NCBI RefSeq assembly: GCF_006345805.1
Contig: NC_042999.1
Coordinates: forward strand, 1,178,001-1,242,000
DNA length: 64,000 bases
From: Octopus sinensis
Taxonomy: Eukaryota
Direction: 5' to 3'
Part shown: positions 23,085 to 37,014 of the stretch, one piece after another
How positions within the stretch are numbered: position 1 is the first letter of the stretch
How the letters are laid out: every line of letters starts with the position of its first letter
Made by a program: the position numbers and the translations under genes
Notes under the pieces: model-generated
Told to the model about the DNA's origin: nothing
Seen by the model: the letters and a program-made list of their open reading frames with translations, nothing else
Database searches by the model: none

Positions 23085-23292
23085 TAACAGACTGGAATTG
23101 TAGGCCCGTCTCTTGCAATTTCGACGAATTGTATTTTGTCCAACTCTGGTGTAGAAGTGTGGCTACAATCCAGCCTACCTCTACTTCTGCGGGGATATCT
23201 TTCATAGTCGTACCAAGACACTTTTCGATGGTGCTTTCCTCCAGGTTTTCTAATCTTCTTTTTTTCTCTACATTGTATGCTTTATAGACAAT
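23085..23292 (-). pseudogene. Internally deleted relic of the same Tx1/half-LINE ORF1 family
   Basis: IEKCLG (B: AEIEKCLG) fused to DIPAEVEVGWIVAT (C: VPPNVEAEWIVAA; B: NIPPEVKTEWLATA). Confidence 0.6.
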
Positions 23293-26200
23293 TGTATATA
23301 TGCAAATTGTATATAGGTATGTAAATATATGCAAATTGTATATAGGTATGTAAATATATGCAAATTGTATATAGGTATGTAAATATATGCAAATTGTATA
23401 TAGGTATGTAAATATATGCAAATTGTATATAGGTATGTAAATATATGCAAATTGTATATAGGTATGTAAATATATGCAAATTGTAAATAGGTATGTAAAT
23501 ATATGCAACTTGTAAACAGGTATGTAAATATATGCAAATTGTAAACAGGTATGTAAATATATGCAAATTGTAAACAGGTATGTAAATATATGCAAATTGT
23601 ATACAGGTATGTAAATATATGCAAATTGTATACAGGTATGTAAATATATGCAAATTGTATACAGGTATGTAAATATATGCAAATTGTATATAGGAATGTA
23701 AATGTATACAAATTGCATATAGGTATGTAAATATATGCAAATTGCATATAGGTATGTAAATACATGCAAATTTGCATATATGTATGTAAATACATGCAAA
23801 TTGCATATAGGTATGTAAATATATACAAAGTGCATATATGTATGTAAATATATATAAATTGCATATATGTATGTAAATATATACAAACCGCATATATGCA
23901 TGTAAATATATACAAACCGTATATATGCATGTAAATATATACAAATTATATATATGCATACAAATATATACAAATTATATATATGCATACAAATATATAC
24001 AACTTATATATATGCATACAAATTATATATATTTATATAAACGTATACAAATTATATATATGTATATAAACGTATACAACTTATATATATGTATATAAAC
24101 GTATACAACTTATATATATGTATATAAACGTATACAACTTATATGTATATAAACGTATACAAATTATATATATGTATATAACGTATACAAATTATATATA
24201 TGTATATAAACGTATACAACTTATATATATGTTATATAAACGTATACAACTTATATATGTATATAAACGTATACAACTTATATGTATATAAACGTATACA
24301 AATTATATATATGTATATAAACGTATACAAATTATATATGTATATAAACGTATACAAATTATATATATGTATATGAACGTACACAAATTATATATATATG
24401 TATATAAACGTATACAAATTATATATATGTATATAAACGTATACAAATTATATATATGTATATAAACGTATACAAATTATATATTTGTATATAAATATAT
24501 ACAAAATATATATGATAATATATATAATTTGTATATGATTGATTGATTGATGATTGATGATTGAAAATATACAAATTACATATATGTATATGAAGATATA
24601 CAAATTACATATATGTATATGAAGATATATAAATTATATATATGTATATGAATATATATAATTTATATATATGTATATGAATATGTACAAATTATATATA
24701 TATATATATGAAGATATACAAATTATATATATGTATATGAAGATATACAAATTATATATATGTATATGAAGATATACAAAATATATATATGTATATGAAG
24801 ATATACAAATTATATATATGTATATGAAGATATACAAATTATATATATGTATATGAATATATACAAATTATATATATGTATATGAATATATACAAATTAT
24901 ATATATGTATATGAATATATACAAATTATATTCATGCATATGAATATCTACAAATTATATTCATGCATATGAATATCTACAAATTATATACATGCATATG
25001 AATATATACAAATTATATATATGTATATGAAGATAAACGAATTACATATATGTATATGAATATATACAAATTACATATATGTATATGTAGATATCCAATT
25101 TAAACATATGTATATGAAGATATACAAATTGCATATATGTATATGAAGCTATACAAATTACATATATGTATATAAAGATATACAAATTATATATATGTAT
25201 ATGAAGGTATACAAATTACATATATGTATATGAAGATATACAAATTACATATATGTATATGAAGATATACAAAAAACATATATGTATATGAATATATACA
25301 AATTACATATATGTATATGTATATATATAAATTACATATATGTATATGAAGATATACAACTTACATATATGTATATGAAGATATACAAATTACATATATG
25401 TATATGAATATATACAAATTACTTATATGTATATAAAGATATACAAATTACATAGATGTATATGAATATATACAACTTATATATATGTATATGAATATAT
25501 ACAAAATAGATATATGAATATGAAGATATACAAATTATATATATGTATATGAAGATATACAACTTACATATATGTATATGAAGATATACAAATTACATAT
25601 ATGTATATGAATATATACAAATTACATATATGTATATGAATATATACAAATTACATATATGTATATGAAGATATACAAATTACATATATGTATATGAATA
25701 TATACAAATTACATATATGTATCTGAAGATATCCAATTTAAACATATGTATCTGAAGATATACAAATTACATATACGTATATGAAGCTATACAAATTACA
25801 TATATGTATATAAAGATATACAAATTATATATATGTATATGAAGGTATACAGATTACATATATGTATATGAAGATATGCAAATTACATATATGTATATGC
25901 AGATATACAAAAAACATATATGTATATGAATATATACAAATTACATATATGTATATGAAGATATACAAATTACATATATGTATATGAAGATGTCCAATTT
26001 AAACATACGTATATGAAGATATACAAATTACATATATGTATATGAAGCTATACAAATTACATATATGTATATAAAGATATACAAATTATATATATGTATA
26101 TGAAAGTATACAAATTACATATATGTATATGAAGATATACAAATTACATATATGTATATGAAGATATACAAATTACATATATGTATATGAATATATACAA

Positions 26201-28884
26201 ATTACATATATGTATATGAATATATACAAATTACATATATGTATATGAATATATACAAATTACATATATGTATATGAAGATATACAACTTACATATATGT
26301 ATATGAATATATACAAATTACATATATGTATATGAATATATACAAATTATATATATGTATATGAATATATACAAATTATATATATGTATATGAATATATA
26401 CAAATTAGATATATGAATATGAAGATATACAAAATATATATATGTATAAGAAGATATACAACTTACATATATGTATATGAAGATATACAAATTACATATA
26501 TGTATATGAAGATATACAATTTACATATATGTATATGAATATATACAAATTATATACATGCATATGAATATATACAAATTACATATATGTATATGAAGAT
26601 ATACAATTTACATATATGTATATGAATATATACAAATTACATATATGTATATGCAGATATATAAATTATATATATGTATATGAAGATATACAAATTATAT
26701 ATATGTATATGAAGATATACAAATTAAATATATGTATATGAATATATACAAATTATATAGATGTATATGAATATATACCAATTATATATATGTATATGAA
26801 TATATACAAATTAAATATATGTATATGAATATATACAAATTATATATATATATATATATATGAATATATACAAATTATATATATGTATAAGAATATATAC
26901 AAATTATATATATGTATATGAATATATACAAATTATATACATGCATATGAATATCTACAAATTATATATATGCATATGAATATATACAAATTATATATAT
27001 ATATGTATATGAATATATACAAATTACATATATGTATATGAAGATATACAAATTACATATATGTATATGAAGCTATACAAGTTACAAATATGTATATAAA
27101 GATATACAAATTATATATATGTATATGAAGGTATACACGCTGGGCGAAATGCGTACCCGTATTTCGTCTGCCGTTACGTTCTGAGTTCAAATTCCGCCGA
27201 GGTCGACTTTGCCTTTCATCCTTTCGGGGTCGATAAATTAAGTACCAGTTACGCACTAGGGTCGATGTAATCGACTTAATCCGTTTGTCTGTCGTTGTTT
27301 GTTCCCTCTGTGTTTAGCCCCTTGTGGGTAGTAAAGAAATATATATGTATATGAATATATGCAAATTACATATATGTATATGAATATATACAAATTATAT
27401 ATATGTATACGAATATATACAAATTAGATATATGAATATGAAGATATACAAAATATATATATGTATATGAAGATATACAACTTACATATATGTATATGAA
27501 GATATACAAATTACATATATGTATATGAATATATACAAATTACTTATATGTATATAAAGATATACAAATTATATAGATTTATATGAATATATACAAATTA
27601 CATATATGTATATGAATATATACAAATTATATATATGTATATGAAGATATACAACTTACATATATGTATATGAAGATATACAAATTACATATATGTATAT
27701 CAATATATACAAATTACATATATGTATATGAATATATACAAATTACATATATGTATATGAAGATATACAATTTATATATATGTATATGAAGATATACAAA
27801 TTATATAAATGTATATGAAGATATACAAATTATATATATATGTAAATGAAGATATACAAATTATATATATGTATATGAAGATATACAAATTAAATATATG
27901 TATATGAATATATACAAATTATATAGATGTATATGAATATATACAAATTATATATATGTATATGAATATATACAAATTATATATATGTATATGAATATAT
28001 ACAAATTATATACATGCATATGAATATCTACAAATTATATACAAGCATATGTATATATACAAATTATATATATGTATATAAACGTATACAAATTATATAT
28101 ATGTATATAAACGTATACAAATTATATATTTGTATATAAACGTATACAAATTATATATTTGTATATAAATGTATACAAATTATATATATGTATATAAATG
28201 TATACAAATTATATATATGCATATAAATATATACAAATTATATATATGAATATAAATATATACAAATTATATATCTGTATACAAATATATACAAATTATA
28301 TATATGTATACAAATTATATATATGTATATAAACGTATACAAATTATATATTTGTATATAAACGTATACAAATTATATATTTGTATATAAATGTATACAA
28401 ATTATATATAATTATATATATAATTTGTATATATTTATATACATATATATAAATATATACAAATTATATATATGTATATAAATATATACAAATTATATAT
28501 TTGTATATGAATATATACAAATTATATATTTGTATATGAATATATACAAATTATATATATGTATATGAATATATACAAATTACATATATGTATATGAATA
28601 TATACAAATTATATATATGTATATAAATGTATACAAATTATATATATGTATATAAATATATACAAATTATATATATGTATATAAATGTATACAAGTTATA
28701 TATTTGTATATAAATGTATACAAATTATATATATTTATATGTATATAAATGTATACAAATTGTATATATTTATATGCATATATAATATACATATTATATA
28801 TATATATAAATGTATACAAATTATATACATATATATATATATATAATATTATATATATATATATAAATGTATACAATCTATACA
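23293..28884. repeat. 29-bp AT-rich minisatellite (~5.6 kb) with variant blocks
   Basis: Units such as GCAAATTGTATATAGGTATGTAAATATAT, CAAATTATATATATGTATATAAACGTATA and CAAATTACATATATGTATATGAAGATATA. Interrupted by (GATT)n near 24535 and by a SINE. Confidence 0.95.
27136..27341 (+). mobile_element. tRNA-derived SINE (Tx1-tail family), 5'-truncated, inserted in the minisatellite
   Basis: B-box-like GAGTTCAAATTCC, core CCTTTCATCCTTTCGGGGTCGATAAA and tail GCCCCTTGTGGGTAGTAAAGAAAT. Confidence 0.9.
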
Positions 28885-28887
28885 CTG

Positions 28888-28940
28888 TCCAAGCCTTGCT
28901 AGCACGGAAAACGGGCATTAAACGATGATGATGATGATGA
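28888..28940 (+). mobile_element. RTE-type 3' tail fragment
   Basis: GCTAGCACGGAAAACGGGCATTAAACGATGATGATG matches the 3' end of the RTE at 36800-36833. Confidence 0.7.
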
Positions 28941-29767
28941 TTCTCCGTATTTCTTTCTCTCTCCTTCTCTCTCTCACTTTCCCACTCTCTTAGTTTTCTT
29001 ATCTCTCGGACTCTTCCTTGCTTCTCTTACTCTCTATCTTTATCTATCTCTCTCCCATTTATAAACAACAGAAGATCTTGAGTAAGTTGAGAAATAAAAT
29101 ATTTAGAAAGATCAATCAGAAATATGAGGCAGTGATAATGGAAAAGTCTGCTTCAAGGCAGACAGCAAAATGCTAACATTTAAAAGGGACAGACGGACTT
29201 GCGAGATGAAGAAAAATAATAAAATATTGGAAACCAAAGTTTGAAGGGATAGAATCTGAGGATAGTAGAGTTACCATGGCTGGCACTTCTTAACGACGGA
29301 CAGCAACGTAGTGACAGTTTAACGACTGGCGTAAAATTTTCAACTTGATGTAAAAGAAAATTCGTAAACACCAAGTTTTGAAGTGATTCTTTCTCACGAC
29401 AGTAGACTCACCATGGACTTTTTATCATGGACTCTTTATCATGGACTCTTTATCATGGACGGCAACACATTGACGATTAAAAGGCTGGCGCAAATTTTTT
29501 AGCTTGATGTAACAGAGAATTGCTAAACACCCGCTCCTTTAAATTTTAATCCCATTCCAGCCCCATTTAGACCACTTTTCACATTTTGGTTAACATAACC
29601 CGATTTCATTCGGGTCTACTGGGGCCACATTTTATAAGATGAGGAATTTTGTCCTAGAGGTGACGCCTTTCATTTGAGGAAAAAAATAGTTGTCATGCAA
29701 ACTTCCCAGCACTTTTAACATAGGTATGCATATTTTCAGCTGAATCGACCGACTACGTAATGCACAC

Positions 29768-29804
<37 letters not shown>

Positions 29805-30221
29805 ATATATATGTGTGTGTGTGTGTGTGCACGCATTATATATACAAATGTATACAAATGAGATATAGATCTGTATAAATTAAATTAGAGATAAAACCAC
29901 TAATAGGCAAATCAAACAATGAAAAACCAAACACAAAAACATTAAAAAAAAATATAATATAGAAAATATATAAAATATAAAATTGAAAAATTGAAATTAT
30001 TTAAATTGAAACTAAAAATTATTAAATTATATTTATAATTTGTTTAAAAATATATATAACTATGAAAAAGTATGAAAAAGTTTAACATACATAAATAAAG
30101 ATATATACACTTTGTATATATACATTATATATACATATTTATATATAGAACACACACACACACACATACATTATATATACATATTTATATATAGAACACA
30201 CACATACATTATATATACATA

Positions 30222-31070
30222 TCTATATATATAAAACTGTAGTTGCGTGAGTGTCTGTCTCCTACGATTTAGATTCCTAACTACTCCCACATTTTGCGAT
30301 GCAGTTTAACCAAAACCGGGTATCTTATAGTCGTGATTCATATCGAGCCCTTCTGGGTATTAGCGCGTGTCTATGATGAGTCTACGATTTTAAAAATAAT
30401 TTACCATCATTTTTTTCCATTTTAATGCATATTTTTTTTAATAAAGGGAAGTAACACTCAAACTTCACACCAATATGCGTGCTCATATGCGACGTAATAT
30501 CACATCAGCAGCATTTCCTCACACCCTCCTTGCACTTGGCGAAGGCAAAATACCAGGGTATGAAAATGGTAATATTGCCATCGATTCCATTTGTACCATT
30601 GTTAAGACGCCTCCTGATCTCAGAGATGCAGTGTTCCCAGATCTACAAGCTAATTATCAGAATATGGATTGGATTGGCAAAAAGGCTACACTGGCCCCGA
30701 GGGATAAAACTGTTCACCATATTAATGATGAAATGCTAAAACTCATTCCTGGGGAAGTCTATGTATATCAGTCTATCGATACAACTCCTGACCCAGAGGA
30801 CGTCATCAACTATCCAATAGAGGTACTCAATTCCTTTGAGCACCCCGGACTACCACCACACTTTCTCAAACTTAAAGTTGGTGCCCCTATAATGCTCATC
30901 AGAAATTTGGTTCCCCCAAAACAATGCAATGGCACACATTTGATCGTTAAGTCCTTATCTCCCACCGTAAACTTATATCAATATTTGCCTGGATAATCAT
31001 CATAATTCAGTGCAATCATTAACAGTACTTTCAAGCAATTCAGCCCCGAGCAACGCCGGGCAATCTGCTA

Positions 31071-31071
<1 letters not shown>
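30222..31071 (+). mobile_element. Non-autonomous Helitron carrying a PIF1-helicase fragment
   Basis: Starts TCTATATATATAAAA after an A. Ends CCCGAGCAACGCCGGG hairpin + CTAG before a T. ORF 30475..30996 has LKLKVGAPIMLIRNL...CNGT. Confidence 0.85.
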
Positions 31072-31110
<39 letters not shown>

Positions 31111-31489
31111 CTGAAGTTGTCTGGATATATGTATGTATGTGTGTGTGTGTGTGTATACGTATGTATGTGTAGAGACCTCTTTTGGCTCCACCTGAGTTTT
31201 GAAACTGAATGGGTAAATTTCCCCCTAACTATAGAGCCTTATTGTTCTGTTGAGGAACAATGTTGTTTTATTCAACCGATGGCCTTCCCAACATTTGATT
31301 GATGTATTTTCCTCTTGACCCATAACCCTTCAAGTTTGTAAAGGGTTTAAATAAATAATATAAGGAATCTTTACCCTTTCAACGGCAGATCGAGAAATAT
31401 ATTTTTTGTAACTAAACACTTTCAACCTTCGGACACTAACCCTAACCCTAATGCGTCCTATAAAACATATTTTACTTTTAATGTTACTC

Positions 31490-31580
31490 TTGACCGCGGC
31501 CATGCTGGAGCATCGCCTTTAATCGAGCAACTCGACCACGGGACTTATTCTTTTTGTAAGTCCAGTACTTATTCTATCCT
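31490..31580 (-). mobile_element. SINE fragment with CR1-type 3' tail
   Basis: The reverse strand reads GATAGAATAAGTAC...GGTCGAG...GCTCCAGCATGGCCGCGGTC, matching the CR1 3' end at 44745-44790. Confidence 0.6.
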
Positions 31581-31683
31581 TAGCCAATCATATTGTCTGT
31601 TTTCATTTGAAATTATTAGCTGCATAGTGTTAATGTGACGTAGATAGCTATTTTGTGAGTGGGTAAGCAGTAAGCAAACAGCT

Positions 31684-31989
31684 GTGGTAGATGTGGTTAT
31701 CATGGCAGTGGTGGTAGTGGTGACAGTGGATGTGTATGATGGCAGCAATTATAGTGTTGGTGTTTTTGTAGAGGTGGTGGTGGTGGCGGCAGTGGATGAT
31801 GATGATAATGATAATGATAGTAGTAGTAGTAGCATTGATTATGTTAGGATGTCTCATGGATGGTAGTGTTGGTGTGTGTGTGTGTGTATGTATGGATCAA
31901 AACAGTTTGATTCAAATTCTGTGGTTCTTATATATTCATACATACATATACATGTAGATGTATATAACATATATATATTGTATGTAAAC

Positions 31990-32054
<65 letters not shown>

Positions 32055-32130
32055 ATGTATGCATCTATAATACACACACATTATAAATATATACATATAT
32101 ATGCATATGCATTAGAATATGTGTGTATAG

Positions 32131-32169
<39 letters not shown>

Positions 32170-32240
32170 TATGTTTGTATACATGTGTGTGTGTAGCTAT
32201 TTAGGATCTACACAAATTTTATATATACTCCACGAAGTTT
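31684..32240. repeat. Low-copy mosaic repeat, copy 1 (also the empty-site paralogue of the CR1 insertion)
   Basis: 31684-31860 is the reverse complement of 37258-37445. 31880-32240 matches 44620-44721 joined to 47126-47385. Confidence 0.8.
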
Positions 32241-32985
32241 ATGATAAGCGGAGATGTCTACATTTTAGTTAGCTATTTACATGTTTACGTTAACTACGTC
32301 ACAAAATAGCTGTTTACGTCACAGTAACAATATTTTGAGAGGCAGTAAATAATATGAGGCTGAAAGAAAGAATATCATTGGTTAAAATTCGAATTATTAA
32401 ACAACGTTAAACTTAGAAATTACAATTCCGTTTTCATTTTGGTTTACAATTATGGGATCTTTTCATTTCTGAAGCCAGTTTTTTCAAATTTTTCCTACTG
32501 AACCAAACAATTTGAAACTTCGTATACTGGTAGAATGTGTCAAAAGTAAACTTAATTGTAAACCAGAATGAAAACGGAATTGTAACTTCTAAGTTTAACG
32601 TTGTTTAATAATTAGAATTTTAACCATTGATATTCCGTCATTCGGCTTTATTTTATTTACTCCGTCTCGACCACCAATTTGGTGACGTATTAAACATCTG
32701 AAATGTAAATAAACCGCATAAATCTCCTTCTAATTATTTAACCTACTCATGTTTCCAGGATCCTATAGTCAGCCACCTTCTAATAACAATATTTAAAACT
32801 AGTTAATAAGCCACATGTATTAAATTGAAAATGTTTCCATTCTGTTAGTACTTGCTTTCGTTTGCTATTAAGAAGTGGCATCTCAGTGACGAGGCTTCTA
32901 ACGAGATTTCGTTTCTAAGCTAATGCGTTTCATTTCACTTATTGTATTTATTTGTGCAAAAGGCAAGAAATTTAATATTAAAAAA

Positions 32986-33094
32986 GCAAAGAGCTGGCAG
33001 AAACATTAGCACGCCGGGCGAAATGCGTACCCGTATTTCGTCTGCCGTTACGTTCTGAGTTCAAATTCCGCCGAGGTCGATTTTGCCTTTCATC
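32986..33094 (+). mobile_element. SINE head (Tx1-tail family), 3' part replaced by (CATA)n(CA)n
   Basis: GAGCTGGCAGAAACATTAGCACGCCGGGCG...GAGTTCAAATTCC. Confidence 0.85.
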
Positions 33095-33136
33095 ATACAT
33101 ACATACATACATACATACATACATACATACATACAT

Positions 33137-33175
<39 letters not shown>

Positions 33176-33187
33176 TACATACATACA

Positions 33188-33220
<33 letters not shown>

Positions 33221-33221
<1 letters not shown>

Positions 33222-36200
33222 CCCAAAGATATAGCAGAAAAGAAGTTTGCCAATGTCCAGCGACGTGAGGACCAAAGAACTGAAGTATTTCGTATTGCTA
33301 GACAGTGTGTGAGAGAAAATAGTGATGTTACAGGGGAGAAATGTGTCCGCATGGATGATGGGGCACTTGCTTTTATTGTTGGTGAAAAGAAAGAGGCTTG
33401 GAGAAGCCATTATGAAAGACTGTTGAATGTGGAGAATGAATGGGGGAGGAGAGCCTGCCAAATGTTGACCCAGTAGAGGGACCAGCTATCCAAATAGAGA
33501 GCTCACTTGTAGTTAAGGCAATTAAGGATATGAAACCAGGTAAAGCCCCCGGCCCATCAGGAATCACTGCTGAGATGCTTAAAACAGCTGGTTATGCGGG
33601 CTATGGCCTAGTCACCCGTATTGTTAACCAGGTAGTTCATAATGGAGTCATACCCAATGACTGGCGTAGCAGCACCATAGTCAACTACTACAAGGGTAAG
33701 GTGATGCTCTAGATAGAAATAACTACAGGGGTATTAAACTGTTGGATCAGGTGATGAAGGCCACAGAGAGGGTCATAACCCATCTCATTAGGGAGAGAAT
33801 TTGCTTAGTTGAGATGCAGTTCGGTTTTGTGTCGGGTAGAAGCACCACTGATGCTAGATTCCTGGTCCGACAACTGCTGGAGAAATACCTAGCTAAAGAT
33901 AAACCCCTCTACATAGCTTTTGTGGACTTGGAGAAGCCTTTGACAGGGTTCCCCGATCCCTTATCTGGTGGTCGATGCGGAAACTGTTGATTCACGAATG
34001 GCTAATAAGGGCTGTACAGGCTTTATACAGAGAGGCTGTCAGCAAGGTTAGGATTGGCAACGAATATAGTGAAGAATTCCGGGTAGAAGTAGGTGTACAC
34101 CAGGGCTCAGCCCTCAGTCCCCTTTTATTCATCATAGTCCTCCAGGCAATAACAGAGGAATTCAAAACAGGTTGCCCCTGGGAGCTCCTCTATGCTGATG
34201 ACCTGGCCCTCATAGCAGAATCGCTACCGGAACTAAAAAAGAAATTTCGGGTGTGGAAACAAGGGTTGGAATCAAAGGGCCTTAGAGTAAATGTAGCGAA
34301 GAACAAAGTTATAGTATGCAGAAAGGCGAACTCAGCACACACCCCATCGGGCAGGTGGCCCTGCTCGAGCTGTAGGAAAGGTGTAGGTAGAAACTCCATA
34401 AGATGCACCCAATGTAAGCTATGGACGCACAAGAGGTGCAGCAACATTAAAGGGAAATTAACAGATAAGATAGCTTTCATGTGCGGCAGATGCACAGGGA
34501 CAATAGACACCACAGACACTCAGAAAACAGATTCCATCACACTCCAGGGAGAGAAACTAGAAGTAGTTGATAGTTTCCGCTACCTGGGTGACCAAGTTAG
34601 TAGTGGGGGTGGATGCTCAGAGAGTGTTACCACTAGAACACGAATAGCCTGTTTAGAAAGTTTAGAAAGCTGCTACCCCTACTGGCGACAAAGGGTCTCT
34701 CACTCAGAGTGAAAGGTAGATTGTATGATGCATGTGTGCGAACTGCTATGCTTCACGGCAGTGAAACATGGGCCGTGACTGCAGAGGACATGTGTAGACT
34801 TGAAAGAAGTGAAGCTAGCATGATCCGCTGGATGTGTAATGTCAGTGTGAATGCACGACAGAGTGTAAGCACCCTGAGAGAAATGCTAGGCATAAGAATC
34901 CGTGGCTTCCCTAAATCGCAACTCTGTGCCACGGGAGAGTTTTAGCCTCCGCGATGATGGGCAGATCTGGACATTCGTCAAGTCTGGTGAGTCGTGGATA
35001 AGGGATGCCAGTTGGACTGACCAGACTACACCCACAACAACAACTGGCAATGCAAAAATCTTGGGGAAACTAACCAAGAACAATCAGCCATCCCCTGTAT
35101 ATCATCATCTGAAATCCAGATATAAACTGCTGTCCTTGAATGCCCGTAGTTTATGCAACAAGGTGCATCTTTTTGTCTCCTACGTCAAAAGTATCAACCC
35201 AGATTTCATCACAGTCACGCAAACGTGGGCACACTCTGCACTCTGTGATGGAGTTTTCAGCATAGCCGGCTACAACCTGTTCCGCAAACCGCATTAATCG
35301 CCGTGGAGGGGGTGTGATGATTTATGTTCGATCAAGTCTTTCGGCAATCCCCTGTGATGATTTGAACCAATCTCAGCAGGAGGTATTTTTCTGCAATGTA
35401 CACATGACCATGTCAACACTTCTGCTCGGAGTCGTTTACCGTCCTCCAAATTATCGCCAAGACGCACAGCTTTTTGATCTCCTCAGGGCGGCTGCCATGA
35501 AAACAGCCACATATGTGTATGTTGCGGGGGACTTCAATTTCCCTGAGATTGACTGGGAGGCCTTCCGTTGGCCGCAAAGTGCAGACGATTTTCTTGAACT
35601 GGTGCTGAATTCGAATTGGTCCCAAGTTGTTACCTCCCCCACAAGGGGTAACAACACTTTGGATCTGCTACTAACCGCTTCTCCTGAAACAATCATTAGT
35701 GTCGCTACCGAAGAACCTTTGGGTGACTCTGATCATTCCATGATCATGGCCGACTTGTCTCTGATTGGTTGTAACAAAAAACACAACCATCTTCAGATTG
35801 CCCGCTTTGACTGGAATAAAGCAAACTGGAGCTCTTATTGTACTGAGCTGCAACGCCCAAACTGGCGCGAATTTTATGCCTCTGGAGATGTGGACACTAT
35901 ACTCCAGAACATTTTGAATTCACTATGGGAAACATTTTTTCACGCTGAGAGTTGCTGAAGCGTGGAACAAACTGCCAGCATCGGTTGTTAGTTGTCGGAG
36001 CACTGCATCCTTCAAAACTTCCATGCTTCCTGAGATTCGCCAACACTACACTTGATTTTCTCCCCTCCATACACACAAGCATGTTCACTTTCCAGACATT
36101 TCTACATTGCTGCATGTACTTTATATGCACTTTCTGACAAGTTGTGGTGCACCTGAGCACTGTATACAATAATTTCATTATTATTATTATAAGAAGCATC

Positions 36201-36833
36201 AGATGCGGTGTGCAAGAGCGACGCTTGCGATGGTATGGTCATGTACTGCGGATGGATGAGGAGAGATGTGTGAAGAAGTGCCACTCCCGAACAGTTGAAG
36301 GAATCAGGGGGAGAGGTAGACCCAGGAAGACATGGGATGAGGTAGGCAAGCATGACCTCAGAGCGTTGGGCCTCACTGAGGCAATGGCGAAGGACTGAGA
36401 TCTCTAGAGATGTGCTGTGACTACTAAGACCCGTGATGTTTCTGGCACCAGTTCCGCATACCCCCTGCCCATTCAAAGTACCTTGGATCCCGGAACATCT
36501 CACTGTGCTTGAGGAGACCTGTTGAGTCAAGTGCATGTACATGAACATCAAACCAAATATCAATGGAAACAGTAGTTGTGATACCTGTGCCGGTGACACA
36601 TAAAAAGCACCATCCGAACGTGGCCGATGCCAGACCCCTCTGGCACCTGTGCCAGTGGCACATAAAAAGTACCCACTACACTCACGGAGTGGTTGGCATT
36701 ATGAAGGGCATCCAGCTGTAGAAACACTGCCAGATCAGACTGGAGCCTGGTGCAGCCTTCTGGCTTCCCAGATCCCGGTTGAACCGTCCAACCCATGCTA
36801 GCATGGAAAACGGACGTTAAACGATGATGATGA
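33221..36833 (+). mobile_element. 5'-truncated RTE-clade LINE, interrupted at 34899-36188
   Basis: RT motifs (QFGF, VDLEK, GVHQGSALSP, LYADD), LRWYGHVLRM and RGRGRPRKTW. 3' tail GGAAAACGGACGTTAAACGATGATGAT. Confidence 0.9.
34899..36188 (+). mobile_element. 1.29-kb LINE derivative (CR1/L2 group) with AP endonuclease but no RT
   Basis: LNARSL, RRGGGVMIY, YRPP, GDFNFP, LDL and SDH motifs; (TTA)n tail; 7-bp TSD ATAAGAA at 34892-34898 and 36189-36195, which restores the host RTE reading LGIRSIRCG. Confidence 0.8.
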
Positions 36834-37014
36834 TACACCGAGTAAAAAATTTCAGTTATCTCTCTCTTTCACACATTACTCTCTCTGTCTCTTCACACAC
36901 ACTAACAGGGCTTGATGATTGGGGTGGCATCTTGAGAGGGGTTCCAGGGAAACAAGGTGTGGTTTAGGAACCCGAGGATGTACCTCATGAAACACGTGTT
37001 GCCAAAGAATAAAA

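Noticed and set aside
23059-23988. Three overlapping Y/I/H-rich ORFs
   Set aside because: They are stop-free frames of the 29-bp minisatellite. Only the short ORF1 relic at the end is meaningful.
21437-28884. CRISPR array
   Set aside because: The tandem repeats have no unique spacers, there are no cas genes, and the context is eukaryotic.
29325-29531. 47-bp imperfect direct repeat around a 14-bp x3 tandem (CATGGACTCTTTAT)
   Set aside because: It looks like an ordinary local duplication, with no ORF, TIR or TSD to support a function.
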